Part shown: one piece after another, positions 18,809-27,946 of the stretch | Layout: each line of letters opens with the position of its first letter | Position numbering within the stretch: the stretch's first letter is position 1 | Origin: Planctomycetota bacterium | GTDB lineage: Bacteria; Planctomycetota; JAJSAM01 | Direction of reading: 5' to 3' | DNA: 64,000 nucleotides | NCBI GenBank assembly: GCA_024274785.1 | Contig: JAJSAM010000026.1 | Span: 47,048-111,047, forward strand | Notes under the pieces: generated by a model | Told to the model about the DNA's origin: nothing | What the model saw: only the letters and a program-made list of their open reading frames with translations | The model's database searches: none | Translations under genes and position numbers: made by a program

Positions 18809-20002
18809 ATGAGTGACCGCCGAAGTTCCGGAACACCGGAAGCTCCATCTGATCGGGCGAGGTTCTTCTTCGGGGGGCTGGTGGCGGCCTGGTTCATCGG
18901 CCTGTGCCTGATCCCCGATCCGCGACCGCTTGGGGCGCCGGAGTGGGCGGTGGGCCTGCTGCGCAAGGTGGCCGGGCTGTCCGAACCGATCGCGAGAGCC
19001 GGGGCCACCATCGCGCTGCGCGGGCTCGGTCTGGCGTTGATCGGCGTGTTGCTGTCGCTGACCTTCCGGCGCTTCCCCCTGAAAGTCGCCGCGCCGGTGG
19101 TACTCGTGGCGTCTCCGATCCTGGCCGTGGCCGCGCAGTGGATCAACTACGGATACTTCCCGATCCCGATGCAGCTTCAGCTTGGTCTGGCGGCCGCTGT
19201 CCCGGGAGCGCTGCTCGGGCTGAGTCTGCGCAGGAGCCGCCTGGCCCTGGCGGCGCTCGTCGTCGTTGCGATCGGTCTCTTCTCCTTTGGAACGGCGACC
19301 GGGATACCCGACGATCTCCACGAGGCTGCGCGCGCGACGGCGCGCTACGTGCTGGAGAACGCGGATGACGTCCCGAAGGGGGATGCCGGGTTCGCCCGCC
19401 TGCTTCACCTGACTTTCACCTACGCCGAGGACAACTCCCACCAGACGGGCGCCGTCTTCGCCAACCGCGCAGCCATCCTGGCTCTCGGGGTCATCCTCGG
19501 CGAGGAGTTGGTTGTTCGCGTGGCGAAGCGGCGCCTGGACTCTTCGAAGCTGGAGACGGCCAACAGCCTCGCGGGCGCCCGGAAGCTGCGGAGGAGGATC
19601 AGGCTGCGGGGCCGCGGAGACCTTTCGCAGCACTTCTGGGTCAGTGCTTCGCTGGCGGTGCTCTCCGACGACTCCCGGTCGATGACCGTGGGCATCACCA
19701 AGGAGATGATGGACGCCATTCCGGGTGGATCCGGCTTCTCCTTCTCGGACCTGGTCGCGGACCGTGCGGGGACGCTGTTTACGGTGGCCGCGACGCGGGA
19801 TGAGGAGTCGGCGCGGGCTATGCAGGCCCGGATCCGGAATGGGGTGGTAATCGATCAGTACTGCCCGAACGTGGAGGAGCTCCCGGACGGCATCCCGCGC
19901 GACGAGTTTCAGCAGGAATATGGTGGCCTGGGTGGGGTTCGGACGAAGAAGATCGTGGCCGAGATCCGGAAGCGTCTCGCCACCTGTGAAGCCCTGAAGT
20001 AG
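18809..20002 (+). CDS. Hypothetical membrane protein with an N-terminal multi-transmembrane region and a C-terminal soluble domain.
   Basis: A 397-aa protein with several hydrophobic helices in the first 170 aa and good codon bias. The minus ORF 18527..20056 is an antisense shadow. Confidence 0.6.
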   Translation: MSDRRSSGTPEAPSDRARFFFGGLVAAWFIGLCLIPDPRPLGAPEWAVGLLRKVAGLSEPIARAGATIALRGLGLALIGVLLSLTFRRFPLKVAAPVVLVASPILAVAAQWINYGYFPIPMQLQLGLAAAVPGALLGLSLRRSRLALAALVVVAIGLFSFGTATGIPDDLHEAARATARYVLENADDVPKGDAGFARLLHLTFTYAEDNSHQTGAVFANRAAILALGVILGEELVVRVAKRRLDSSKLETANSLAGARKLRRRIRLRGRGDLSQHFWVSASLAVLSDDSRSMTVGITKEMMDAIPGGSGFSFSDLVADRAGTLFTVAATRDEESARAMQARIRNGVVIDQYCPNVEELPDGIPRDEFQQEYGGLGGVRTKKIVAEIRKRLATCEALK

Positions 20003-20116
20003 CCCGCAGGCACATTCGGAACCACCCCCCGGGGGGCGGTACACCCGGGCCGCCACGCTGGGCCCGAAGCCGATCGCGATTCTGGATGCGTGGCTGGCGC
20101 GGCGGCTGTCGCGAAA

Positions 20117-20716
20117 TCACCCAACCCGCGTCGCACCGGTGCGGCGGCGGCGGATCAGCACGACGCCGATCGTCAGGCCGACGCCGAAAAGCAGCAGGGT
20201 GGATGGTTCCGGAGTCATGGAGATCAGGACCGCGCCGTCGTCGCCGGCGTTCCCGAACCAGGGCGTCCCGGACCCGGCGCTGTAGATGTAGTTTCCGCCG
20301 GAGTACGGATCGAAGGGGGATCCACCGAACAGACCGCTTCCGGTGGTCACCTGCGCGGTGATCGCGTAGACCGTGCCGGTCGTGATCGCGAGATCGGGAC
20401 TGAAACTGTACGTGCCGGCGATTGTTACTTCCAGGGGTGCGCCGGTGTAGAGCGCGGCTCCGGTGGGGAGTCCACCGGTCGTTTCGTAGACCGCTCCGGC
20501 AAAAAACAGATTGCCATCCGCGGCGACGGAGAGCAGGAATCCAAATTCGGAAAGGACGGGCCCGGCCGCGGTGAACGTCTGGCCGACCCAGTCCGAAGTC
20601 GAGACCCCCACGGCCGCGGTGCCCGGACGCGTATCGATCACGACTCCCGCCTGAGCGGTGGATGCGGCGAAAACCAGAAGCGCGAGAGAAGTCGCTGTGA
20701 CGAAACCGGTTCGCAT
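20117..20716 (-). CDS. PEP-CTERM sorting-domain secreted protein.
   Basis: The start MRTGFVTATSLALLVFAASTAQA is a signal peptide, with an AGGAGG Shine-Dalgarno. The C-terminus PEPSTLLLFGVGLTIGVVLIRRRR is the canonical PEP-CTERM exosortase signal. Confidence 0.8.
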   Translation of the reverse strand: MRTGFVTATSLALLVFAASTAQAGVVIDTRPGTAAVGVSTSDWVGQTFTAAGPVLSEFGFLLSVAADGNLFFAGAVYETTGGLPTGAALYTGAPLEVTIAGTYSFSPDLAITTGTVYAITAQVTTGSGLFGGSPFDPYSGGNYIYSAGSGTPWFGNAGDDGAVLISMTPEPSTLLLFGVGLTIGVVLIRRRRTGATRVG

Positions 20717-20770
20717 GGGGCCTCCTGTTCCGTGTGTGCCTGCTGGTGGAATTCTAGCCCGCATCTCTTG

Positions 20771-20933
20771 GGGCCCGTCTGGAAATAACTGCTGCATTCG
20801 AGGGCCGCTGCATCCCGCTACGCTTTGTTGCTCGTCGGTTGAAACCAGCAAGGTTGCGCCCTCCTCGAGCCTCGTTTCTCGGGCGCCGCGGCGCTCTCGG
20901 TGCAACGGGCGCACAAATTTTCCAGACGAGCCC
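20771..20933 (+). repeat. Intergenic repeat family 1, copy B. Full length with 15-bp terminal inverted repeats GGGCYCGTCTGGAAA.
   Basis: The left end is GGGCCCGTCTGGAAATAA and the right end TTTTCCAGACGAGCCC. The core is shared with copies A, C and D. Confidence 0.8.
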
Positions 20934-20971
20934 TGACGATTGCACGCGATCTGAGGAGCGGATCCGGTACC

Positions 20972-22897
20972 TCAACGCCCGCGATCCCCGCCCGGACCGT
21001 CCGCCGTATCCGGCCGGTAGCCTCTCGCCCCGGCCATGCGATCGAGTCTCGCGGCGATCGCCCGGTCCCCCGCGAACTCACGCATGCGGGCCAGCTCGAA
21101 CAACCCCCGCGGTGCGGCGGGATGCGTCGCACCGCGTCGGAGTCCCTTTTCCATCTGGTCGATCGCCGCATCGATGTCGTTCCGCCGAAGCTCGATCCGG
21201 ACCAGGATCAGGCGGCACGGCAGCCGGAAGGGGTCCGCGGTCAGTGCTTCGATGAGGGGCGCTCGGGCCTCCTCGTCCCGGCCGAGTTCCGTCAGGACGA
21301 AACCGAGCCCCTCCTTTGCGCCGGCGTGCATGGGCTCTTCCGCGAGGATCGCTCGAAACAGGACCTCCGCGTCTCGCGGGTGTCCGCTCTCGGCGAGGAT
21401 CAGGGCCCGGGCGGCTCGACCTTCGGTGTCCCGGGGATCGAGGCGGCGGACCTCTGCCTCGTAGTGTCTTTCCGCGCGCTGAACACGGAGCATGATCTCC
21501 CGGTCCACGAGCGGGGCGCCCTGCATTGCCGACCGGCATCGCAAGGCGTAACGGCGCTGTTCGTACGGCGTGCCGAGGTTGGTGATGACCAGCGGAACCA
21601 GGCCAAAGAGCGAGAGCGCAACCGCGCCGACGGCGGTCGCGGTGCCCCGGCGCGTCTGGAAGAGGGCGATCCCGCCGATGAGTGTCAGGGGGATACCCAT
21701 CAGGGAGAAGAGGTCCCAGTCAAGGCGGAGCGAGAAGTTCACGTTCCAGAAGTTCGGGAACAGGACGAGGAAGACCGCCGCGACGGCGACGAAGCGGACG
21801 ACCGGGTCGCGTTTTGGGAGGCCGCGGGAAAAGAGGAGCAGGAGGACGCCGGCCGGCGCGGCGAGGATGATGAGGTTCAGCACCCCCACGAAATGCTCGA
21901 GGTCGAGGATCGCGTAACGGCAGAGCACGTTGGTCGCGGTTTTCGTCAGGGGCAGAATCGGTCCGAGATCCATGCCGCCGAGGAAGGAACCGTAGCGATC
22001 CGGACCGGCGACCGGGATCGTGCCGCTCCAACTTGCGAAGAAGAGCCAGGTGTAAACTGCGACGACGGGGACGAGGAAGAAGAGGGCGGCCACGGCCACC
22101 CGTTTCAGCCGGATGGGGGAGAACCGGCCGCCGTTGGCGAGGAGTAGGAGGGACGGCAGCAGGAGTCCGGCGGATCCGTGCAGGCCGAAAGCGATTCCGA
22201 GGACCACGGCGGGAGCGATGACGGATCGATCGTCTCGGAGTGTCCGAATGCCGAGCAGGAAGTACACGGTGAGGGCGGCGGCGAGAGGGGCGTATACCTC
22301 GATGGACCCGAAGAACAACACGGCTGTGCCGCAGGTGATGAGCAGGCCGGCCAGGCCGGCGCGGGCCGCACCGTCCGGGTAGAGCTTCCTTCCGATCCCC
22401 ACCGCGGCGACCACGAAGACCATCCCGGAGAGGACCGAGACGAGGCGCACCGCTTCGGCTGGAAACAGGCTGAACAGCTCGCGGATGCCCGACTGGATGA
22501 AGCAGGTGAGGGGATTGCTGGCATAGGCTTCCCCGGTGGCTGTCCGGAGCATGGTCGCGCTCGCATCGCCCGAGAGCCGGACCGTCGGCAGGAACCAGAA
22601 GAGGCCGCCGCAGCCGAGTACCAGGATGGGCAGTCGGGCGTGGCGGGGAATGAGCCGGGTTACGCGTCCGAAGAGCGACCCGACCCGATCCGCCGCACCC
22701 GGAACCAGGAACAGGACGAGAAGGAGCGCGAAGGAACCCGAGAGCGCGAGGACTCCCGGTGCCCGCCACGCCTCGATGCCGAAGGACGCATCGAAGTCCG
22801 GTCCGCGCGGAGCGGCTGCGCCAATCGCGAAGAGCGCGGTGAGCACCACGGCGGCGATGACGAGGACGATGGCGGGACGTGAGTTCGCGCGCGGCAT
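20972..22897 (-). CDS. Polytopic membrane protein with C-terminal TPR repeats. It resembles GT39/ArnT-like glycosyltransferases or O-antigen-polymerase-like TPR proteins.
   Basis: A 641-aa protein with about 11 hydrophobic helices, followed by a TPR-like helical region (AEVLFRAILAEEP...). Two long plus-strand track ORFs inside it are shadows. Confidence 0.65.
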   Translation of the reverse strand: MPRANSRPAIVLVIAAVVLTALFAIGAAAPRGPDFDASFGIEAWRAPGVLALSGSFALLLVLFLVPGAADRVGSLFGRVTRLIPRHARLPILVLGCGGLFWFLPTVRLSGDASATMLRTATGEAYASNPLTCFIQSGIRELFSLFPAEAVRLVSVLSGMVFVVAAVGIGRKLYPDGAARAGLAGLLITCGTAVLFFGSIEVYAPLAAALTVYFLLGIRTLRDDRSVIAPAVVLGIAFGLHGSAGLLLPSLLLLANGGRFSPIRLKRVAVAALFFLVPVVAVYTWLFFASWSGTIPVAGPDRYGSFLGGMDLGPILPLTKTATNVLCRYAILDLEHFVGVLNLIILAAPAGVLLLLFSRGLPKRDPVVRFVAVAAVFLVLFPNFWNVNFSLRLDWDLFSLMGIPLTLIGGIALFQTRRGTATAVGAVALSLFGLVPLVITNLGTPYEQRRYALRCRSAMQGAPLVDREIMLRVQRAERHYEAEVRRLDPRDTEGRAARALILAESGHPRDAEVLFRAILAEEPMHAGAKEGLGFVLTELGRDEEARAPLIEALTADPFRLPCRLILVRIELRRNDIDAAIDQMEKGLRRGATHPAAPRGLFELARMREFAGDRAIAARLDRMAGARGYRPDTADGPGGDRGR

Positions 22898-23001
22898 GGG
22901 ACGCGGATTCTACCAGCAATCCGGGCTGGTCGGGCGGGGCCAATCAGAAGGCGGGGCGCCGAGAGGTCCGTCGGCCTCGAGCGAACAGGAGGGTGGCCCG
23001 G

Positions 23002-24474
23002 CTACGCGGGATCTCCGACCTTCGCGTTCAACACCGGATCGATCCCCACCCGCCGGGCCAGGTCGGAGATGAACAGGCCGTTCGGGTCGAGGCGCTTCTT
23101 GATCAGGAGGAGTTCGTTGTAGCGCGGGTAGACCCGGTGGAACTGCTCCGGGGTCAGGACCTGGTCCTTGGCGAGGTGGATCCGCCCGCCGCGCTTCACC
23201 GTGGCGTCGATGATGCGGTTCACCGCCTCCCGGCTCCGCTCTTCGTGACGCTTCTTCGGGTGGAACTCGAAGTTCAGGCTGTACCCGTTCTTCGAGAAGG
23301 AGAGCAGGCCCTCGTCGGCCTGGTGGGCGCGGAGGATCGTGGTGACCGGCGGACAGGGCGACGACTGGCAGATGGTCAGGATCTCGTCGATGGCCTCCTT
23401 CGCGCCGTGCTTCGGGAAGTTGAGCTGGACGGTGTAGCCGTGCGGTCCGCAGACGAGGTGGGCCGGCGGTACTGTGAAGCTCGCCTCGAAGTTGAAACGG
23501 AGGAACAGCTCGGAGGTGGTATTCCGGCCGGTCCAGCTCGCCAGGCGGCTCATGGTGTAGTAGAAGCGATTGAAGAGATAGAGGGCGGGGCGCTGGGCGT
23601 TCAGCATGAAGGAAAGGACCGGGCCGAACTTCTCATGCAGCGCCAGGCCGAATCTGCGGTGGTGTTCGAGGCGTCTGAACCCGGCGTCGAGGAACTCCCG
23701 GCGTTCCTCTTCGGTGTCCTCGCGATCCACCCACTGTGCGGTGTGGACGACGGATCGCCCGAGGCGCTTGCCCTTGCCGTAGGCGTCGATCCAGACCACG
23801 GCGGCGTCATGATCGTCCTTCAACTCGTCGAGCAGGGCGAGGAGCGCGTCGGTGTCGGCGGCCGGCGTGCGGAGGATCTTCACGAAGTTGGACTTGATCG
23901 GCACGAGTTGCAGCGTGGCGTCGATCACGATCCCGAGGAGTCCGATGCCGCCCATGATCGCGTTGAAGAGCTCGTGGTCGCGGTCGACCTCGACCGTTTC
24001 GCCGTCGGCCCGGAGCAGGGTCATGCGGATCACGCGCTGCGAGAAGTTGCCGTAGTGCCAGCCGTCCTTGCCGTTGACGTTGGCGCAGATGGCCCCGGCC
24101 ACGCTCGAGTGCGACTCCGTCGGGCTGCCCGGCAGGGTCAGCAGAAGGTGATGGACGTGCTCGTAGATGTCGATCAGCCGCGTGCCGGCCTCGACGGTGA
24201 TCCGCGCCCGCTCCTCGTCGAAGTCGAGGATCCGGTTCATGCCGCTCATGTCGAGGAGGGCGTGGCCGTCGTTCAGCGCCAGGTCTCCGTAGCCGCGACC
24301 GGCGCCGCGCGCGCAGATGGTCATGCCGTTGTCGCGGCACCACGCCAACGCCTCCTGGCACTGCGGGAGCGTCTTCGGGCGGGCGACGAGCGACCGCGTG
24401 GAAATGGATCCCACGAGTGAATGCAGCTCTTCCCACTGCATGAAGCTCGGGAGCGGCGAGTCTTTGGACGGCAT
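23002..24474 (-). CDS. FAD-binding PCMH-type oxidoreductase, similar to the DprE1 and alditol oxidase families.
   Basis: The start MPSKDSPLPSF has a GGAG motif upstream. The FAD-binding block is ICARGAGRGYGD. The 897-aa track ORF extends into the antisense of the neighbouring gene. Confidence 0.75.
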   Translation of the reverse strand: MPSKDSPLPSFMQWEELHSLVGSISTRSLVARPKTLPQCQEALAWCRDNGMTICARGAGRGYGDLALNDGHALLDMSGMNRILDFDEERARITVEAGTRLIDIYEHVHHLLLTLPGSPTESHSSVAGAICANVNGKDGWHYGNFSQRVIRMTLLRADGETVEVDRDHELFNAIMGGIGLLGIVIDATLQLVPIKSNFVKILRTPAADTDALLALLDELKDDHDAAVVWIDAYGKGKRLGRSVVHTAQWVDREDTEEERREFLDAGFRRLEHHRRFGLALHEKFGPVLSFMLNAQRPALYLFNRFYYTMSRLASWTGRNTTSELFLRFNFEASFTVPPAHLVCGPHGYTVQLNFPKHGAKEAIDEILTICQSSPCPPVTTILRAHQADEGLLSFSKNGYSLNFEFHPKKRHEERSREAVNRIIDATVKRGGRIHLAKDQVLTPEQFHRVYPRYNELLLIKKRLDPNGLFISDLARRVGIDPVLNAKVGDPA

Positions 24475-24609
24475 GGATATCTCCGGTTGGATCACGGTCC
24501 GGCGCATCATAACCAGATCACCGCGCCACCGGCATTTCCAACGTTCGATGAACCCGGGGGCGACACTTTTCCGTGCCGGACGCCGGGTCGGTGATACAAA
24601 GGGCGAATC

Positions 24610-25491
24610 ATGAAGACCAAATCCGCAGTTCTCGCCATCCTCGCGGCGATCCTCCTTCTGCCGGCAGTCCGTGCGGAAAACGACACTGAGAACCTCTGGG
24701 AGAAGCGGGTGGCGGCCTCGTCCGACTCCATCGTCTTCGTCCGGTTCGTCCTGAAGATCCGGATGACCCGCGGGGATGAGACACAGGACTTCGAGCGCAT
24801 GCGCGAGGTGCAGGGCATTGTGGTGAACGATCAGGGGCTCATCATGAGCTCGAATGCGCACTTCGATCCGGCTTCGACCGCCCTGCTGCCGCCGCAGTTG
24901 CGCGGAAAGGTCGAAGTGAAGGCCACGCCGACGGACCTGAAGGTGCTCTTCGGCAATGAGGAGGAGGAGTACGAGGCGCAGTTGGTCGCCCGCGACTCCG
25001 ACCTCGACCTGGCCTTCGTCCAGATTCTCGACCTGAAGGGGAAGACGGTGAAGCCGATCGACCTCACGGCCGGGGTGGAGCCGGAACTGGGACAGGAACT
25101 CTACGGTATCGCCCGAATGGGGCGTGGGTTCGATTGTGTGCCGGTTGTGGTCCGGCTCTATGTCAGCGCGAAGATCGCCAAGCCCCGCCGGATGTGGAGT
25201 GCCTCCGGCGAACTCCCCGCTCCGTCCCTGCCGGTGTTCAATCAGGACGGTGTCCCGGCCGGGATCGTCTCCCTGCAGCAGGCGTCGGCCGGTGTCGAGG
25301 GGGCGGGCAGTCGGCGCCGGCCTTTCCTGCTTCCCCTCACCGATGTCGCAAAGAGCTTCAGGCTGGCAGTCAGGCGCGCCGCGGAGGCGTTGGGTGCGGC
25401 CGGTGCCGATGACGGGGGCGATGACGGGGGCGACCGGGCGGATGAATCCGAAGAGACCGGCGAAACGCGCGACTCCGGCGAAGGCGAGTAG
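24610..25491 (+). CDS. Secreted hypothetical protein, possibly a degenerate trypsin-like fold, with an acidic Gly/Asp-rich tail.
   Basis: Signal peptide MKTKSAVLAILAAILLLPAVRA. No intact catalytic triad is recognisable. Confidence 0.55.
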   Translation: MKTKSAVLAILAAILLLPAVRAENDTENLWEKRVAASSDSIVFVRFVLKIRMTRGDETQDFERMREVQGIVVNDQGLIMSSNAHFDPASTALLPPQLRGKVEVKATPTDLKVLFGNEEEEYEAQLVARDSDLDLAFVQILDLKGKTVKPIDLTAGVEPELGQELYGIARMGRGFDCVPVVVRLYVSAKIAKPRRMWSASGELPAPSLPVFNQDGVPAGIVSLQQASAGVEGAGSRRRPFLLPLTDVAKSFRLAVRRAAEALGAAGADDGGDDGGDRADESEETGETRDSGEGE

Positions 25492-25500
25492 GCGAATCCT

Positions 25501-25878
25501 TTGCTGAACCTCGTCCTCATCGCCATCGCCGGTGGGCTCGGTGCGCTGGCCCGCTACGGATTGACCAACCTGGTGCATAGGGTGCTCGGGATGTCCCTCC
25601 CGTGGGGCACTGCGGTGGTCAATATTCTCGGGTGCCTGGTCTTCGGTCTGCTCTGGGGATTGTCCGAGAGCCGGATGGGCTTTCAGCCGGAGCACCGACT
25701 GATCGTCCTCGTCGGTTTCGTCGGCTCTTTCACCACCTTCTCCACTTTTATCTTCGAGGTGGGAATGCAGGTGCAGGAGAGCCAGTGGATCGCCGTTCTC
25801 GGCAACATGGTGGGACAGAACGTGATCGGAATCCTGGCGCTGGTGGCGGGACTCTTACTGGCGCGCCTTGCGGCGTAA
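25501..25878 (+). CDS. crcB: Fluoride ion channel CrcB (Fluc).
   Basis: Motifs GGxLGALARYG and GFVGSFTTFSTF. The length is 125 aa. Confidence 0.85.
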   Translation: MLNLVLIAIAGGLGALARYGLTNLVHRVLGMSLPWGTAVVNILGCLVFGLLWGLSESRMGFQPEHRLIVLVGFVGSFTTFSTFIFEVGMQVQESQWIAVLGNMVGQNVIGILALVAGLLLARLAA

Positions 25879-25960
25879 GACGGTGAAGGAGTGATGCCGG
25901 AACAGCCACGCGGATCTCCAGCCGGTCCGGGCTGAACCGCCACTGGTCCCGCCGCGTGGA

Positions 25961-27772
25961 TCAGTCGATCTCTTCTTCCGCGAATTGGCGGGAAATCTCG
26001 ATGTTGTAGGCGCTGAGCAGGTCGGTGTGGCGGAGCAGGCCGACCAGGCGATTGTCTTCGGCCTTCACGACCGGCACCTCACCGTACCCCGAGTGAAGAA
26101 TGGTCTGCAGCGCGCTGTGCAGATCCTGGTCGGGGAGGACGCTGACCGGGGGGCCCATGATGTCCCCGGCGAGAAGCAGGTCGTCGAGGTCCCGCTCGAA
26201 GAGCGCCGACCTGACCTGCTCGATCGAAAGGATACCCACCAGCCGGTCGCCCACCTGTCCGATCACCGGGAAGCAGATCCCCGAAGAGTGGGCGACCAGG
26301 GACCGCAGCGTGGGCAGTCTCGATGCGATGGGGATGGAGATGATCTCCCCGGCCGGGTGCATCACCTGGGAGACCTTCAATTCGCGCAGCACGTTGATGT
26401 TCAACTCGCCCTGGTGGGCGGGAGAGGCGAACTTGTTCCGCACCTGGTTCCGGAAAATGGACCATCGTGAGGTGAAGAGCACGGCGATGACCGTAACGAG
26501 CATGAGCGGGGCGATGATTCCGTAGCTCCGCGACAGTTCGAGAGTCATGAGCAGAGCGCCGAGGGGAGCGTTCGCCACCCCTGCGAAGAAAGCGCACATC
26601 CCGACGATCACCATGGCCGCGGGGTCCGGTGCGTAGCCGGGGAACAGATTGTTGGCCACCACCCCGAAGACGCCGCCCAGCATGGCCCCGATAAACAGGG
26701 TCGGTCCGAACACGCCTCCGGAGCCTCCCGAACCCATCGTCAAGCTCATGGCCACGATCTTCATGAGAAGCAGCAGGAGCATGGTCCCGACGAGCACATT
26801 GCCCTGAATGGCGTCCTGGATGAACCCCCAACCCGAGCCATATGCCCCCGGCGCGACCAGTCCCACGACGCCGACCATCAGACCGCCGATGGCGGGCAGG
26901 GCCCAGGCCGGCACATGCTTGAGCTTCTCGAACATCCCGCTGATGCCCCAGAATACCTTGACCGTGAGTGCCCCCACCGGCGCGCAGAAGACGCCGAGCA
27001 CGAGGTAGAACAGGAGTTCGTGGGGATGATTGAAAGCGAGGTCGTGCGGCAGGTTGAAGATCGGATCAAATCCGAAGATGCCCGCGAAGATCGCGTAGGC
27101 GGTGACCGAGGAGATGACGCAGGGGACCAGCGCGTCGGTTTCGATGTCTTCCCGGTAGAGGATTTCCACGGCGGTGATGGCGCCGCCCAGAGGAGCGCGG
27201 AAAATGGCTCCGAAGCCCCCCGCCGCGCCGGCGAGGAGAAGGATGCGGCGGTCCCGGGCGTTCATGTGGAACAAGCCGGCCAGCATGGAACCGAATCCGC
27301 CGCCGATCTGGGCGATGGGCCCCTCCCGGCCGGATGCTCCCCCGAAGCCCAGCGTGAACAGCGTGCCGATCGCTTTGACGAGCGGGACGCTTGGCCGCAT
27401 CCGCCCCCGCTTCTTGTGGAAGGAGTCGATCAACGCTTCCGTGCCGACACCGGCAGCCTCCGGGGCAAACCGTTGGACGATGACGCCGGAGATCAGTCCA
27501 CCGATGGCGGGCAGCAGGAAAAAGAGCCACGGCACGGGGACGAACGGCCCCGTGGCGTGGAACAGCCCCTCGCCTCCGGGGTGCGTGCGCGGGGTTCCCG
27601 CCGCCAGGTCGAAGACGAGGAAACCGGTGAGATCCAGCAGGTAGTAGAAGCCGGCCGCGCCGAATCCCGACACCGCTCCGACCAGGACTCCGTAGAGGAC
27701 CCAGCGGCCCAGGCTTCGAAAGCCCAGGGACGGCTTGAATGCTTGACGGACTTTTTGCAGCAGGGCCTTCAT
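25961..27772 (-). CDS. CLC-family anion channel or H+ antiporter with a C-terminal CBS-domain pair.
   Basis: GGASGREGP and GGVFGPTLF selectivity-filter motifs. There are about 11 helices and a C-terminal CBS pair (GILSIEQV...VGLLRHTDLL). Confidence 0.85.
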   Translation of the reverse strand: MKALLQKVRQAFKPSLGFRSLGRWVLYGVLVGAVSGFGAAGFYYLLDLTGFLVFDLAAGTPRTHPGGEGLFHATGPFVPVPWLFFLLPAIGGLISGVIVQRFAPEAAGVGTEALIDSFHKKRGRMRPSVPLVKAIGTLFTLGFGGASGREGPIAQIGGGFGSMLAGLFHMNARDRRILLLAGAAGGFGAIFRAPLGGAITAVEILYREDIETDALVPCVISSVTAYAIFAGIFGFDPIFNLPHDLAFNHPHELLFYLVLGVFCAPVGALTVKVFWGISGMFEKLKHVPAWALPAIGGLMVGVVGLVAPGAYGSGWGFIQDAIQGNVLVGTMLLLLLMKIVAMSLTMGSGGSGGVFGPTLFIGAMLGGVFGVVANNLFPGYAPDPAAMVIVGMCAFFAGVANAPLGALLMTLELSRSYGIIAPLMLVTVIAVLFTSRWSIFRNQVRNKFASPAHQGELNINVLRELKVSQVMHPAGEIISIPIASRLPTLRSLVAHSSGICFPVIGQVGDRLVGILSIEQVRSALFERDLDDLLLAGDIMGPPVSVLPDQDLHSALQTILHSGYGEVPVVKAEDNRLVGLLRHTDLLSAYNIEISRQFAEEEID

Positions 27773-27792
27773 CGGGACAGATCGGTCCTCAG

Positions 27793-27946
27793 GGGCCGCG
27801 CAAGAATAACTACGGGGTTCGAGGGCGGCTGCATCCCCTTGAGCCGCGTTGCTCGTCTGTTGAAACCAGTGAGGTTGCGCCCTCCTCGCGCCTTGCCGGG
27901 CGGGCGCATCAGCGCTCTCCGTCCTGCGAAGATATTCTTGCGCAGC
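27793..27946 (+). repeat. Intergenic repeat family 1, copy C. The core is conserved, but the terminal inverted repeats differ from copy B (GCGCAAGAATA ... TATTCTTGCGC).
   Basis: The core TTCGAGGGCGGCTGCATCCC...GTTGCTCGTCTGTTGAAACCAGTGAGGTTGCGCCCTCCTCG aligns with copies A, B and D. Confidence 0.8.

Noticed and set aside
18527-20056. A 509-aa minus-strand ORF.
   Set aside because: Low-complexity Arg/Pro/Gly translation. It lies opposite a well-behaved membrane protein gene on the plus strand.
20900-22943. Two long ORFs (415 aa plus, 407 aa minus) overlapping the TPR membrane protein gene.
   Set aside because: Highly biased Arg/Gly/Glu composition with no domains. The 641-aa minus-strand frame has coherent transmembrane helices and TPR repeats.
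22879-24420. A 513-aa plus-strand ORF opposite the FAD oxidoreductase.
   Set aside because: Shadow ORF. The minus-strand frame has an FAD-binding motif and a Shine-Dalgarno.
25440-25500. A possible fluoride riboswitch upstream of crcB.
   Set aside because: Only 10 bp separate crcB from the preceding gene. No GGxGAUGG...CCUAC-type motif was seen.
24475-25695. The upstream 400-aa extension of track ORF 23002..25695.
   Set aside because: It runs antisense through the secreted-protein gene (24610..25491) and crcB, with nonsense composition. The real start is at 24474 with a Shine-Dalgarno.
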